Positions 39,453 to 49,521 are shown, counted from the first letter of the stretch. The stretch: DNA of 64,000 bases from a virus (IMGVR_UViG_3300025018_000136:1-64000), one strand, 5' to 3'. Made by a program: numbers and translations. The notes: a model not told the origin generated them from the letters alone.

Positions 39453-40511
39453 TTATTCGGCGTAACACCACACCCCCAATAGACTAGGACTTCCAGAAAC
39501 AGGGCTTCCTGATGGGTCAAGTTTTAAAATCAACGTCTCAGGCTCACCATTACTAAAAGCAGTAAAAGATGTAAAATCATCTATATTTAACCAACCACTA
39601 TCATCGCCACCAGTATTAGTTAATTTGTATTGTATAGAATCTCCACTAGTAAATAAATCTGAAACAGTTGTAGCAAAAGCTTTAGATATAGAGGATGAAA
39701 ATGTTCCAGTGGGAATATTGTTATAAATATAGCTGTCTTCTGTTTTTGAAGAATATTCTAAAGAATATACGTAACAATAATTACTAGTACCGCTACCAGC
39801 AGCATTCATATCAAAATATAACCTTATTCCTTGCACACTAGCATCAATGTTTATTACCCTCTCAATATCATCTGAGTGTGTTCCTAAATAATTTTGATTT
39901 ACAAGAGTGGTGTGGTTTGACCATGTACTACCATTATATGTTTGTAAATAGATATGTACGCTTGTATTACCAACGCTTTCATGACTATAATAAAAAAATT
40001 TTGTAAACACTTTACCTATTGTCCGTGCACTAAACGTTTTACCTATCTCAAAATCAGCTATACTTTCAGAAATACTTTTACTAGCATAAGTAGTTGTATC
40101 TCCATCAAACGCATTCGCATAATTTGTAAATGAGTCTGGGTCATGGTTAGTATCTCCGCTAGGAAGACTATTACCACCCTTCCAAATATTTAAATTAATT
40201 GCATCATAATAAGAATCAGAAGTGTCTCTATCAAAAGTGTTAAATCTTCCGTTTGTATCAGTATACGCTTCTAAATAACCTTTAGTTCCAGAGGCATCAA
40301 CTGCAATAGCCTTATCATAGGCTTGTCTAATAAGATTTTTTCCAACAAGACTAAAAGAAGTACTAACTGGCAAAGCATTTGAGAGTAAAGATATTCCTGT
40401 TCCGTTCTTAAATTTAAGAACGTTATCACTAGAATCTACAAATATTGAATTAGTTTCAGCATTAGCAGAATCCATACTAAGTAATTCTTTAGCTCCGTAA
40501 ATTTTAACCAT
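39453..40511 (-). CDS. Virion tail-associated protein, paralog 1 (RBP-like)
   Basis: MVKIYGA start; LQTYNGSTWS discoidin-like core. Confidence 0.6.
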   Translation of the reverse strand: MVKIYGAKELLSMDSANAETNSIFVDSSDNVLKFKNGTGISLLSNALPVSTSFSLVGKNLIRQAYDKAIAVDASGTKGYLEAYTDTNGRFNTFDRDTSDSYYDAINLNIWKGGNSLPSGDTNHDPDSFTNYANAFDGDTTTYASKSISESIADFEIGKTFSARTIGKVFTKFFYYSHESVGNTSVHIYLQTYNGSTWSNHTTLVNQNYLGTHSDDIERVINIDASVQGIRLYFDMNAAGSGTSNYCYVYSLEYSSKTEDSYIYNNIPTGTFSSSISKAFATTVSDLFTSGDSIQYKLTNTGGDDSGWLNIDDFTSFTAFSNGEPETLILKLDPSGSPVSGSPSLLGVWCYAE

Positions 40512-40519
40512 TTTGTCAC

Positions 40520-40888
40520 CTATTGTTGCACTACTTCCATAGTGTAATGATATATCGAACCAGCGTCCGACTGTGAATCTGTAAATGTAATAGAACCAGG
40601 GACTACATAATAAGTACCATCATGGATTCCATCTGTATATGTGTGTGTTCCAGCACTATTAAGAGCTTCAACAGAAGCACGATTAGTTGCTAATTCTGTC
40701 CTGTTTGCTCCTGTAATTATACCAGATAATCTTATTCTCCACTGATTAGAAGCAAGCCCCATAACATTAAGTTCAACTAACGTTTTACCTATAACTTGTT
40801 TCTGAGTCTTCTGCTCTTTTGTTGGAGTCATATCTGTAATATAAAGAGTTGTAGAATCTATAGTGATAGTATCATTGTAGTTAGCCGT
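40520..40888 (-). CDS. Distal tail (Dit)-like protein, probable ACG start
   Basis: Frame stays open upstream of the ORF-track ATG to ACG-GCT-AAC after a G-rich RBS; lies just after the TMP. Confidence 0.5.
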   Translation of the reverse strand, partial: TANYNDTITIDSTTLYITDMTPTKEQKTQKQVIGKTLVELNVMGLASNQWRIRLSGIITGANRTELATNRASVEALNSAGTHTYTDGIHDGTYYVVPGSITFTDSQSDAGSIYHYTMEVVQQ

Positions 40889-40889
40889 G

Positions 40890-41186
40890 TTAATCCCCCC
40901 TCTCTAGATGCCTATGAATGTCTTCGTCATCATGGTATTTAAGGCATAATGTTATACCGTTGTCTATATGTTTATAAGTTGAATCGCTCATTTTTTGTCG
41001 TGCTTCTTCTGAAATAACATCTTTTTTATTCTTATTCCAAGGAATGCTTCCTTTCTTTGACTCGCTTATTTTCTTTTTAATTCCGCCACTCAATTTTACC
41101 CCTTTTCTTGAGCTTGTCTTGCCTAATTTAACCAATCGTATCTTAAGCTTGGTTTCATCTGAGTGTTTGTATCCTTTAGGCGGCAT
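40890..41186 (-). pseudogene. Degenerate NUMOD3-HNH homing endonuclease remnant
   Basis: HSDETK and IPWNK NUMOD3 motifs, then only the C-terminal half of an HNH (DNGITLCLKYH). Confidence 0.55.
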
Positions 41187-41187
41187 C

Positions 41188-44100
41188 TTATTGTGTCCTC
41201 AATTGTCTTTTAATTTCCATCACAAACTCGTTAGCAAAACTACTTGGGTTACCATTAGCACCATTGATAGTTATGTTTCCAATAGATATTGATTGGCCTC
41301 CACCATTTCCAAGAGGACCTTCACCATTAAATCCCATAATAGTGTCATTCTGCGCAAATTCTATATATTTTCCATCGTTTGTTAAAAGGAAATCCTTAGG
41401 TGTATATCTTGTTATCTTATATTCCTTTCCGCCAAGTCCTGTTTGAGTTGTTGTTGATGCGTTATATTGAGACCTATCAAAAGAACTACCAGATGCACCG
41501 CTAGAACTTCTTCCTATAGCATTAGAATAAGAGAGAGCATTGCTAGCAAGATTTGCATACTTAGTACTAAGAGTATCTATCTGGGGTATTAGTTTATTAA
41601 CTTCAGCCTCTTCAAATCTCATAGCATAAGAAATTTGCTCATGAGCGTCTCTCTGTTGGTCTAAAATTTCTTTTAAATCGTCATATTCTTGCTGTTGAGT
41701 TTTAATTTTACGCTCCAATCTATCTCTCTGATTCCACTCACCACCAAGAGAACTTATAATTGACTCAGCAGAACTAGCTGTACCATTCTTTCTATCCTCA
41801 TCAATCTGAATAGCATTCTGCACCTGATTATGCATATTTCCAAAATATACGTCTTGAGCAAGTTGTAATCTACGAAGATTAGTTTCAGCCTCAGTTTGAC
41901 CACCACCAGTGTCCATAGCTGAACTACTAAGTAATAATGTTTGATGCGCTTGAACAGCACTAGTTGTGTTCTTAGCAAGTTCATTTCCTTCAACTATTAA
42001 AGCACGAATATGCTCCCTTACAGTTGTCTGCCAAGCTTCAAAAGCAGTCTGAGATGTAGTTGCTGCATTAGTCACATTATCTATAGCTGTAACAACCCCA
42101 CTATAAGCGTCTCCAGTGTTACCTACAGCTGCTGCAATAAATGCCTGAGCATCTGATACCCCAAGAGCTTCAAGTTCTTGTTTCTTAATAACTAATTCTT
42201 GTTGTTGAATAACTCTTGAAAATGCAGTTTCCATCTTAAAATTCATAGATGTAAGTCTTTTAATCTCATCAGTAGTAGAAGCTAAATCTTTCTTATATTT
42301 ATCTAATACTTTTGCTACACCTTCTATTGCAAAATTAGTCTCATCCATAGCAAGACTAAGTAATGTAAGCGTGTCTTTATAATTATTAGTTCGTTCAGTA
42401 ACATCATTCAACCTATCGAGATATTTCTCCATAGCCTGTAACGTGACAGAACCAAATTGGTCTGATATAGATTCTTGAACATCTGAAAGTTCCGACGTAG
42501 CAGCTATAAGACGTTCTAGATTTCCAGATGCCAAAGCAGAATCATATTCTTCATATGCGCTTTTTAAATCCTGTAAAGCTTCTTGATTATTCTTATATTT
42601 ATCTTGTGCTTTAGTTTGATTTAATAGCTCGTTTCTTTCTACTTCATTCATCGCAGAAAGAGCATCTATTAACTGTTGAATATAAATAGCGGTTAAACCT
42701 ATATCATTATTTGTATCCTTTAATAATTTTGATTGGTACTCTAATATCTCATTATATTGGTTGCCATAGATTGTTCCTGACGCTAAAGCTTCATCTAAAT
42801 GTTTCATAGAATTTGTATAAGCTTTCATTTCATCATTATTATTTAAAATAAGATTCCACGAATCAGTCCATCCTTTCTTAGCTTTACCCCAAAAACCAGC
42901 ACTCTCACTAGCCAAATCTTTTATTATAGATTTATTTTCTTCAGCAATATTCTTATTTGTTCTAAAAGCTATATATGCCTCAGCCATTAAAGAATTACCA
43001 GAGCGCATCTCTTCATTTACATTCTTAAGATTAATATAATAATCATCTGCTCCGTTTGCTAAAGTAATAAGAGCGTTACCACCAATTCTACCAGCTGCAT
43101 CAAATGCTGCTGATGATTTTTCTACAGAACTACTCATTCTATTAAGACCATCAATTACTCTCTGGAACGCAACATCAGCATTATTCTCCAATTCATTCCT
43201 AAAAGACTCAACTGACATTCCTGCAATATCTGCAAATTCTTCAACATTGGAAGACATTCTTAAAAATAAATTGCGCAACCTAGTACCAGCACGTTCTGCA
43301 CTCATACCAGCGTCAACCATAGTTGCTATACCAGCAGCACTTGTCTCAAAAGAAATTCCTAACACTTCTGCTTGTGCTCCAACTCTAGTAAGACCACCAA
43401 TAAGGTTACCAACTGTTGCTGCTGTAGTGTTCTCTAATTTGTTCAATGAACTAGCTAGTAAAAACGTACTTTCAATTGGAAGATTAAATGCATTAGTAAT
43501 CTTAGCAAAATTAGTTGCAACATCTTCAGCTGTCATATCAGTAACGAAACTTATAATAGAGATTGCTTGAGTAAATCTAGCAATATCTTCTGTCCCTCTA
43601 ATTCCCATCTGCCCAGCTACTTTAGCAATCTTAGCAAGTTCATCTGCGGCTACAGGAATAGTTCTAGCCATACTATAAAATTGAGATGAAAGACTTTCTG
43701 CCTCAGCCTGACTAAGACCTGCAGTCTTAGTAACGCCAACCATAGCTTCTTCCATCTTCTCATATTCACCTATAAGCATTTGGATTGGCTTATAAATAAT
43801 ATACATAGCAGCACCAATTGCTGTAGCTGCGAAAGCTATGTTTACCATAGACCAACGAAGGTTATTAAGAGCCCTATTCATCTTATTAAGTGCAGGATAA
43901 GCTGTTTCCCATTGGCCAGTAGTAAGTTTTTGCCAATGAGACATCTTTTCCTGTGCGCGAATATTAGATGTAAGTTGTTTAGAATGTTTCTCTGTATATC
44001 CTGCAGCTACAAGCATACCTTGTGCTTGTTTAGAAGTTGTAGATTGTAAGCGCTGTGTAACCCCAGTAAGTTTATTTGTCTGCGATACAGCTACTCCAGT

Positions 44101-44337
44101 AACTTTATTGTTCTTATCACGAAGAATAGAATACTTATTAATTATTTTAGCAGACTTATCTTCTTCTTTAGAAAGTTTCTGAACAGCCTTCTCAGCTTTA
44201 GTAGAGGAAATTACTCCTTTATCATTAGCTTGAGCTGCTTTCTGTGTCTTATTAATATAGTCGTCTAAAGCTTTTGTGGCAGCCTTTTCATTCTTTGTTT
44301 CAAAGTTTGTAACTATATTTATTCTGTGGTCTGACAT
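41188..44337 (-). CDS. Tape measure protein (TP901-like core)
   Basis: 1049 aa, Ala-rich helical; AMVGVTKTAGLS...ELAKIAKVAGQMGIRG; follows the tail chaperone. Confidence 0.9.
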   Translation of the reverse strand: MSDHRINIVTNFETKNEKAATKALDDYINKTQKAAQANDKGVISSTKAEKAVQKLSKEEDKSAKIINKYSILRDKNNKVTGVAVSQTNKLTGVTQRLQSTTSKQAQGMLVAAGYTEKHSKQLTSNIRAQEKMSHWQKLTTGQWETAYPALNKMNRALNNLRWSMVNIAFAATAIGAAMYIIYKPIQMLIGEYEKMEEAMVGVTKTAGLSQAEAESLSSQFYSMARTIPVAADELAKIAKVAGQMGIRGTEDIARFTQAISIISFVTDMTAEDVATNFAKITNAFNLPIESTFLLASSLNKLENTTAATVGNLIGGLTRVGAQAEVLGISFETSAAGIATMVDAGMSAERAGTRLRNLFLRMSSNVEEFADIAGMSVESFRNELENNADVAFQRVIDGLNRMSSSVEKSSAAFDAAGRIGGNALITLANGADDYYINLKNVNEEMRSGNSLMAEAYIAFRTNKNIAEENKSIIKDLASESAGFWGKAKKGWTDSWNLILNNNDEMKAYTNSMKHLDEALASGTIYGNQYNEILEYQSKLLKDTNNDIGLTAIYIQQLIDALSAMNEVERNELLNQTKAQDKYKNNQEALQDLKSAYEEYDSALASGNLERLIAATSELSDVQESISDQFGSVTLQAMEKYLDRLNDVTERTNNYKDTLTLLSLAMDETNFAIEGVAKVLDKYKKDLASTTDEIKRLTSMNFKMETAFSRVIQQQELVIKKQELEALGVSDAQAFIAAAVGNTGDAYSGVVTAIDNVTNAATTSQTAFEAWQTTVREHIRALIVEGNELAKNTTSAVQAHQTLLLSSSAMDTGGGQTEAETNLRRLQLAQDVYFGNMHNQVQNAIQIDEDRKNGTASSAESIISSLGGEWNQRDRLERKIKTQQQEYDDLKEILDQQRDAHEQISYAMRFEEAEVNKLIPQIDTLSTKYANLASNALSYSNAIGRSSSGASGSSFDRSQYNASTTTQTGLGGKEYKITRYTPKDFLLTNDGKYIEFAQNDTIMGFNGEGPLGNGGGQSISIGNITINGANGNPSSFANEFVMEIKRQLRTQ

Positions 44338-44519
44338 TATTTACGTCCTTTACTATTTTTGGCGTTTCTAGCCAAGTTCTCTTGCTTTCTGTTCCAAGCA
44401 CGAATCAAATGGTTTATTTCCCCATATGTTAATGCTCCAATGTTGAACAAATTGTATCCCATTTCATGCAAAAAAAGAAGTAAGTCTGCTTCATAACGTT
44501 CTTTCTTTGCTTTAACTAG
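44337..44519 (-). CDS. -1 frameshift extension of the tail assembly chaperone (gpGT-like)
   Basis: Open -1 frame (KLVKAKKERYE...KGRK*) ends in a TAATG overlap with the TMP start. Confidence 0.75.
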   Translation of the reverse strand, partial: LVKAKKERYEADLLLFLHEMGYNLFNIGALTYGEINHLIRAWNRKQENLARNAKNSKGRK

Positions 44520-44899
44520 TTTTTTGCGAATTCATCCTCTGCTTTGTTCATACCAGACTTTTTACCACCAGAGGTATCAAGACCACTATTAACAAGTATA
44601 GTATTCACAATTGCTGACAACATATGTGGTTTTATATGTGGCAACTCTTCTGGAAGATATTTTGGTTCTACACAATATTGTTTCACAATATCTCCATCTA
44701 TATCTTTCTCGTCTTTATTTCCAAGTTGAGAAAATATTTTCTTAATGTCTCCCCTTGGTATTGGAATAGCTACAATAGTTTCTCCCTTCAACATAAGTTG
44801 ATTATCGTCATCTAAATCAATCTCTAATTCCCATTCTTGTGGAATAAGATTTCCTTCAGAATCTCTCTCATATAATGTATCTCCTTTTTTCAATACCAT
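44516..44899 (-). CDS. Tail assembly chaperone (gpG-like)
   Basis: Lies between tube and TMP; ends GCA AAA AAC TAG. Confidence 0.75.
   Translation of the reverse strand: MVLKKGDTLYERDSEGNLIPQEWELEIDLDDDNQLMLKGETIVAIPIPRGDIKKIFSQLGNKDEKDIDGDIVKQYCVEPKYLPEELPHIKPHMLSAIVNTILVNSGLDTSGGKKSGMNKAEDEFAKN
44519..44525 (-). other. Slippery heptamer A AAA AAC
   Basis: X XXY YYZ pattern immediately before the chaperone stop. Confidence 0.75.
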
Positions 44900-44922
44900 T
44901 CTTTCATCACCTTGTTTTTATT

Positions 44923-45147
44923 TTAACTTTGCATTGCTGGGGGTGTCTTTCCTCCGCCAGAAGGTGTTTGAGTAACACTTTCAGTAGAAATTTTTCTTGC
45001 GGTACCGTTTCCTTTAACTACTTTAGATATTCCTGCTATTGAAGGTGTAACTTTGGCTTTTGTTCCAGTGTTTTTACCAATAATAGCTGTTGAAACTCCA
45101 ACAGAACTATTTCCTGCAAATGCTTTTAGTTGATTTGGTTTTTTCAT
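44923..45147 (-). CDS. Small basic G/S/T/K-rich protein
   Basis: 74 aa ORF between tube and chaperone. Confidence 0.45.
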   Translation of the reverse strand: MKKPNQLKAFAGNSSVGVSTAIIGKNTGTKAKVTPSIAGISKVVKGNGTARKISTESVTQTPSGGGKTPPAMQS

Positions 45148-45187
45148 TTTTCATTTCCCCATAATTAAAAAAAATTAAAAAAATAAT

Positions 45188-46279
45188 TTACTTATATGAT
45201 GCGTCTGAATCAACAACATAAATCTTTGCAGATTCTACGAATACGCCAATAGATTGGCTAACGATGTCTTCTGGAGAACCAGAAATATTCATAGTGTCAA
45301 ATTTTGTGTTGTTAAGTACAACTCTCATCCAGTCATCTGTAGCAGTTTTACTTCCAGATATAACCCCACTTCTTACGAAATCGAGAACAACTTGGTATGA
45401 AGTAAAAGTGTTCTGAGGTTCTGTAGCACCAGTAGCGCCTAGGAACATCTCATATTGGCTCTTGTCTTCAAAATGAACTGTTAAGTTAGACTCATATTCA
45501 CGCCCTTTAGGAATAAGACTCTTAAGTGAGCGAATATTGTCTGTAGCACTACAAGTACCAGACACATACCAATTTGCTTCTAGGTTGTTATTAACGCTAA
45601 AATCAAAGCTGTTAACTTTACAAAGTCTAGAACCAGAATCAATTGCTGTATACGCAGTAATAGCTCCAGTTGTAGCATAAACTACTCCTTGATAAAAGAC
45701 GTATGGGTCAACAGTTAACTCACTAACGCTTTCTGCTGCTGCTGTACTAATAGTTACACTCTTTCCAATCCAATCGACAGAAGTCATAACTGGTTCATCA
45801 ACAGAACCACTAATAGTCATACTGTTTACTCTACAACCATCATAAATTCTCTTTAGGTTGTAAGTTCCTGGGTTTCCACCGTCTTCATCATCTGTAAATT
45901 CTAATGTAAAACTTGGAAAACTATTTGTTTGAGGTGCAGCTGCACTGCCCATAACGTGTAGATACGTTGCTTTACTTGCATCATGATATCTTGGGCCTAT
46001 ATCTACTCCTGCAGTAGTACCACTATCTTCTCCAATTGCCTGTCTAATCATTGAACCGCCCTGTAAGTAATAATCGAAGCTTCCAGAAACTTCAAACTTA
46101 CCAGGAACAATGTTACTAAAATCTCTGCTTCCGCCCATAGTTCTAATCTTAATAAGGTTGTTTGTCTCAGTTGGGTTAACCGTCTGAACAAGTCCAATTG
46201 ATTGATTTGCGGGCATAGCAGAACCATAGTTTGTTTCATTTGCGAAATACAAACTTTGTTTATATCCTGTATTTACCAT
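45188..46279 (-). CDS. Major tail tube protein
   Basis: YxxETxYG N-terminus, GKFEVSGSFDYY, PSFTLE, GCRVNSMTISG. Confidence 0.8.
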   Translation of the reverse strand: MVNTGYKQSLYFANETNYGSAMPANQSIGLVQTVNPTETNNLIKIRTMGGSRDFSNIVPGKFEVSGSFDYYLQGGSMIRQAIGEDSGTTAGVDIGPRYHDASKATYLHVMGSAAAPQTNSFPSFTLEFTDDEDGGNPGTYNLKRIYDGCRVNSMTISGSVDEPVMTSVDWIGKSVTISTAAAESVSELTVDPYVFYQGVVYATTGAITAYTAIDSGSRLCKVNSFDFSVNNNLEANWYVSGTCSATDNIRSLKSLIPKGREYESNLTVHFEDKSQYEMFLGATGATEPQNTFTSYQVVLDFVRSGVISGSKTATDDWMRVVLNNTKFDTMNISGSPEDIVSQSIGVFVESAKIYVVDSDASYK

Positions 46280-46524
46280 TTTATATCCTCTCTATCTGTT
46301 TTTTCATCGTCAAGTGATTCTTCTGTAGGTTCTTCATTAACCACTTTTTTTACTTTTTTCTCTTCTTGTGATTTTACTTCAGAAAAATCTATATTTCTTA
46401 AAATTCTACCTGCTGTAAAGTCATCTAATTCTTTAACATCTCCCTTTTTCCAGTCATTAAAAATTGCATTCCCTACTTTAATTCTGCACGGAGAGATGTC
46501 TCCATTATAAATAATTTTCTTCAT
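46273..46524 (-). CDS. Small virion-module protein
   Basis: AAGGTGA RBS before ATG at 46524. Confidence 0.5.
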   Translation of the reverse strand: MKKIIYNGDISPCRIKVGNAIFNDWKKGDVKELDDFTAGRILRNIDFSEVKSQEEKKVKKVVNEEPTEESLDDEKTDREDIKW

Positions 46525-46537
46525 AATATTTTCACCT

Positions 46538-46930
46538 TTACTTAAATGCCATTGAAAATTCTTCATCTGCTATAATTGGCACTTGTTGCGCGGCAAGTAG
46601 TGCACCAGCAGCCATAAAGTGATATCCAGGCCAATGTTTTTTGTTTCTCAATGTATGCCCTTGGTCTACCCATATTAGATATGGAGTTTCTGCATATACA
46701 TACCCAATATATCCAGTTGCATGTTTAACTGGAGATTTAACAACAAAACTATTAATAATCATACTTGTTGGATGTTTACTTTTTCTTTTACTTCTGTAAT
46801 TTTTAATCGCTTCATCTTTTGCTACTTCACAAACACGACTAACAGTATTCATAGCTGGTCTATCTATACTAGCAAGAGCATTACTTAAAGCGATTCTATT
46901 GAAATCTATACTTACTGTGACACTTACCAT
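46538..46930 (-). CDS. HK97 gp10-like tail completion protein
   Basis: YLIWVDQGH...GYHFMAAG pattern. Confidence 0.65.
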   Translation of the reverse strand: MVSVTVSIDFNRIALSNALASIDRPAMNTVSRVCEVAKDEAIKNYRSKRKSKHPTSMIINSFVVKSPVKHATGYIGYVYAETPYLIWVDQGHTLRNKKHWPGYHFMAAGALLAAQQVPIIADEEFSMAFK

Positions 46931-47406
46931 TAACAACCCACATTATAATATTTAACTGATATTGTAACATTCGCATAATGAAGCTGAGTTTCAGGGTCAT
47001 ATTCAACAGGGCTTGTAGAAACAGCCTTATATCCTTTTATACCATCAGAAACTTTATCAGGCATCTTTGACTTAAGAGTATTCTTTATTCTACCAAGATA
47101 ATAATCTACCAATTGGTCATTTTTATATACAGTTCCACCTACTGTAAGTTTAAAATTATTTTTAGAAAAAAACCAAACATTTAAGAGTAAAACTTCTTCT
47201 TCTGTAAAGTTTGACCCAATAGTAATTGGTTCAATAATATTATCAAATTTCTTTATTTGAATTCGTGGATATTTAGCACCAGCATCAGGCTCATCAGTAA
47301 ATACCCAGAGTCCGTTTCTAGAATTTCCACCAGCAGTTACATATGGGTCTATTAAGTTATCCCTTAATGTGTCACGAACTGCGTTGATAGCATCGATTAG
47401 TTCCAT
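46930..47406 (-). CDS. Tail terminator-like protein
   Basis: YPRIQI, YDPETQLH..VTISVKY; neck/tail position. Confidence 0.6.
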   Translation of the reverse strand: MELIDAINAVRDTLRDNLIDPYVTAGGNSRNGLWVFTDEPDAGAKYPRIQIKKFDNIIEPITIGSNFTEEEVLLLNVWFFSKNNFKLTVGGTVYKNDQLVDYYLGRIKNTLKSKMPDKVSDGIKGYKAVSTSPVEYDPETQLHYANVTISVKYYNVGC

Positions 47407-47993
47407 AAAAGCGCACCACATCCTTTATTTTTTATATCGCTCTCCCACATAACTATTACATCAAATCCTTTGTTTTTAAGGTATGAAATCTTCTTTTTAT
47501 CTTTTTCAATTTTCTCTGGCAAACTATGCCAATAATTGCCAAGTACTTCTATTATTATATTATCTTCTGGAAGCCAAAAATCTGCTATGCCATATTTATA
47601 TTTAAATTGTTTTACATACAAAATGTTATTGAATAAAAGATAATTTTCTACCATTCGTTCTGGTTTCGTGTCTTCAGTTATTAAACCTCTCTTTTTTTGT
47701 TTAATTGAAGCTTCTCTTATCTTCTCTATTGACTTCTCACTATGCTTTTTTCCTAAAAAAGGTTTTCTACATTTAGGAGAACAAAAACATTTTTTTGTTT
47801 CTGTGCTGTTAAATGTTTTTCTTTCAAACATTTCTTCACATGTAGGACAAACAAAAGAATTAATTTTAGCATGGTTAGAATTTACACAAATATCTGTGCC
47901 AGACCAATTTTCAGATTGCCATTTATAAATGCAAGAACGTGAGCAAAAAGACTTATTAGTGGTATGTTTACCACAAAAGTTACATTTATTCAT
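47397..47993 (-). CDS. Free-standing endonuclease (Zn fingers + NUMOD3 + Vsr/DUF559-like)
   Basis: CxxC motifs, HSEKSIEKIR, ADFWLP...IIEVLGNYWH. Confidence 0.75.
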   Translation of the reverse strand: MNKCNFCGKHTTNKSFCSRSCIYKWQSENWSGTDICVNSNHAKINSFVCPTCEEMFERKTFNSTETKKCFCSPKCRKPFLGKKHSEKSIEKIREASIKQKKRGLITEDTKPERMVENYLLFNNILYVKQFKYKYGIADFWLPEDNIIIEVLGNYWHSLPEKIEKDKKKISYLKNKGFDVIVMWESDIKNKGCGALLWN

Positions 47994-48055
47994 AGTTGTG
48001 CCCCTTGGCGACCTAAAAAGGTTCTTAGAGAATTTCCCCTTGGAAACCCACTTAC

Positions 48056-48096
48056 TTTTATATATGGCACTTCTAGTATATAAACCTTTCGGTTTT
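48056..48096 (-). promoter_or_regulatory. BRE/TATA promoter upstream of the endonuclease gene
   Basis: Reverse complement reads aaaaccgaaaggTTTATATActagaa. Confidence 0.65.
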
Positions 48097-48104
48097 GTTA
48101 AGAA

Positions 48105-48272
48105 TTAGCTGGTCATTTTGGGCTCTTTGCCCGTAGAACCATCAGGCCCTCTCTTGTTTGTATCTATTGTATAATCAACTGCAACTGCACGTTTGATTTC
48201 ATCTTTAGTTACACCAAGTCTTTGTTGGTCTGCAGTGCCCTTCTTAGGGGCTTTTTTCTTTTCTATAGCCAT
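48105..48272 (-). CDS. Small basic protein, 55 aa, not in ORF track
   Basis: MAIEKKKAPKK...; AGGTGA RBS. Confidence 0.5.
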   Translation of the reverse strand: MAIEKKKAPKKGTADQQRLGVTKDEIKRAVAVDYTIDTNKRGPDGSTGKEPKMTS

Positions 48273-48294
48273 ATTTTTAATCACCTTTATTCAC

Positions 48295-49179
48295 CTAACT
48301 CCAACCATAACTACCAATATAGGCATTTCTGTCGTGGTCTTGTCTTATATGTTTACGATTTACACCATAAACTTTATCATAATATTTAACATCTGAACTT
48401 AATTGGACAGAAACCCTATCAGAAAGTATTTTCTCTACCATATTAAGTCTATCTGTAATAGTCTGAAGTTCTTTGCTAGTTTCTCCACCACTCGTAAAAT
48501 CAAGCTTCTCAAGAAGAGCTTTACAAGTTCTATAAATAGAAAGCTTATTAAATAAACCTGGGACATACTGAGCTTCCAATTCATCGTTTGTATCAAGTGT
48601 TATACCACTAGAACCAACCGGAAGAATACGAACCATACCATATTTAGCATTAACTTTATACCCATCCTCTAAGAAAAGTTCAGTTTTTGTTGTAGTGCCA
48701 TAGAAAACTCTATCCACTCTATAAATATTCTCTTCACCAAGATAATAAGTGTCCTGAATAGTATCATCAATCTTATTAATATATGACCAAGTTGCAGCTA
48801 AAGGTTGTCCATATTCATAATAAATGAATTCATCAGTATCTGAAATCTGGTCGAAAATCTCGTCATCTGTCCATCTACCAACAGTATCAATAACTCTTTT
48901 AATCTCTGCTACAGTGCAAAGCCTAACATTTTCTTCTGCAGAAATTGGTGTAGAATAATCAGACCATGCTCCGCCAGCATTATCATAGAATCTTAATCTA
49001 TACCAATGTGTTTTTGAACCATCTGGGTCAGTATAAGAAGTTACTGCCCCACTACTTCCAACATATGATGACGCTGTAATTAAAACAGTATAATTACCAT
49101 AAAGAGTAACTGCACGACTAACTTCATGCTCTATAATATCTGTTGTGCTCGGTGATTGCCAATGAATAGTTTGTGCCAT
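48295..49179 (-). CDS. Head-tail adaptor-like protein with an N-terminal Fn3-like domain
   Basis: WYRLRFYD...WSDYS domain, then LCTVAEIK adaptor-like start. Confidence 0.6.
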   Translation of the reverse strand: MAQTIHWQSPSTTDIIEHEVSRAVTLYGNYTVLITASSYVGSSGAVTSYTDPDGSKTHWYRLRFYDNAGGAWSDYSTPISAEENVRLCTVAEIKRVIDTVGRWTDDEIFDQISDTDEFIYYEYGQPLAATWSYINKIDDTIQDTYYLGEENIYRVDRVFYGTTTKTELFLEDGYKVNAKYGMVRILPVGSSGITLDTNDELEAQYVPGLFNKLSIYRTCKALLEKLDFTSGGETSKELQTITDRLNMVEKILSDRVSVQLSSDVKYYDKVYGVNRKHIRQDHDRNAYIGSYGWS

Positions 49180-49190
49180 TTTTATACCTA

Positions 49191-49233
49191 TATTTATATA
49201 TTGTTCTTCTAGTATTTAAATCTTTTGGTTTTT
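49191..49233 (-). promoter_or_regulatory. BRE/TATA promoter of the neck-tail operon
   Basis: Reverse complement reads aaaccaaaagaTTTAAATActagaa. Confidence 0.6.
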
Positions 49234-49521
49234 TAATCTTCCTATAATTACAGGCGTTTCAACTTCATCACTTATAATGGTAATATTCTCAGTTTCTATG
49301 TCTGAAACGCTAATTATTTGTGTTCTTTCTGGAACAGTAGTAACACTCATTAAAGTATCACCAAAACCAGAAGCAGACTTTATTATTGGTATTTCTGGAG
49401 AAGAAACACTAGACATAACTATTAAAGGACCAGTATAAGTATTAAACTGTGTTTCTGGATTTATAAATCCATAAATAGAGTTACCATATACACCAACACC
49501 ATAATATGCAGATATGGTCAT
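49216..49521 (-). CDS. Hypothetical virion protein
   Basis: YGVGVYGNSIYG motif. Confidence 0.5.
   Translation of the reverse strand: MTISAYYGVGVYGNSIYGFINPETQFNTYTGPLIVMSSVSSPEIPIIKSASGFGDTLMSVTTVPERTQIISVSDIETENITIISDEVETPVIIGRLKNQKI

Noticed and set aside
36530-40511. Diversity-generating retroelement acting on the tail paralogs
   Set aside because: No reverse transcriptase and no near-identical TR/VR pair differing only at adenines; similarity is ordinary paralogy
40520-47406. Contractile (myovirus) tail
   Set aside because: No sheath or baseplate wedge genes; tube, G/GT chaperone, long TMP, Dit and hub indicate a siphovirus
47995-48050. Direct repeat CCCTTGG twice in the leader of the endonuclease gene
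   Set aside because: Too short to distinguish from chance
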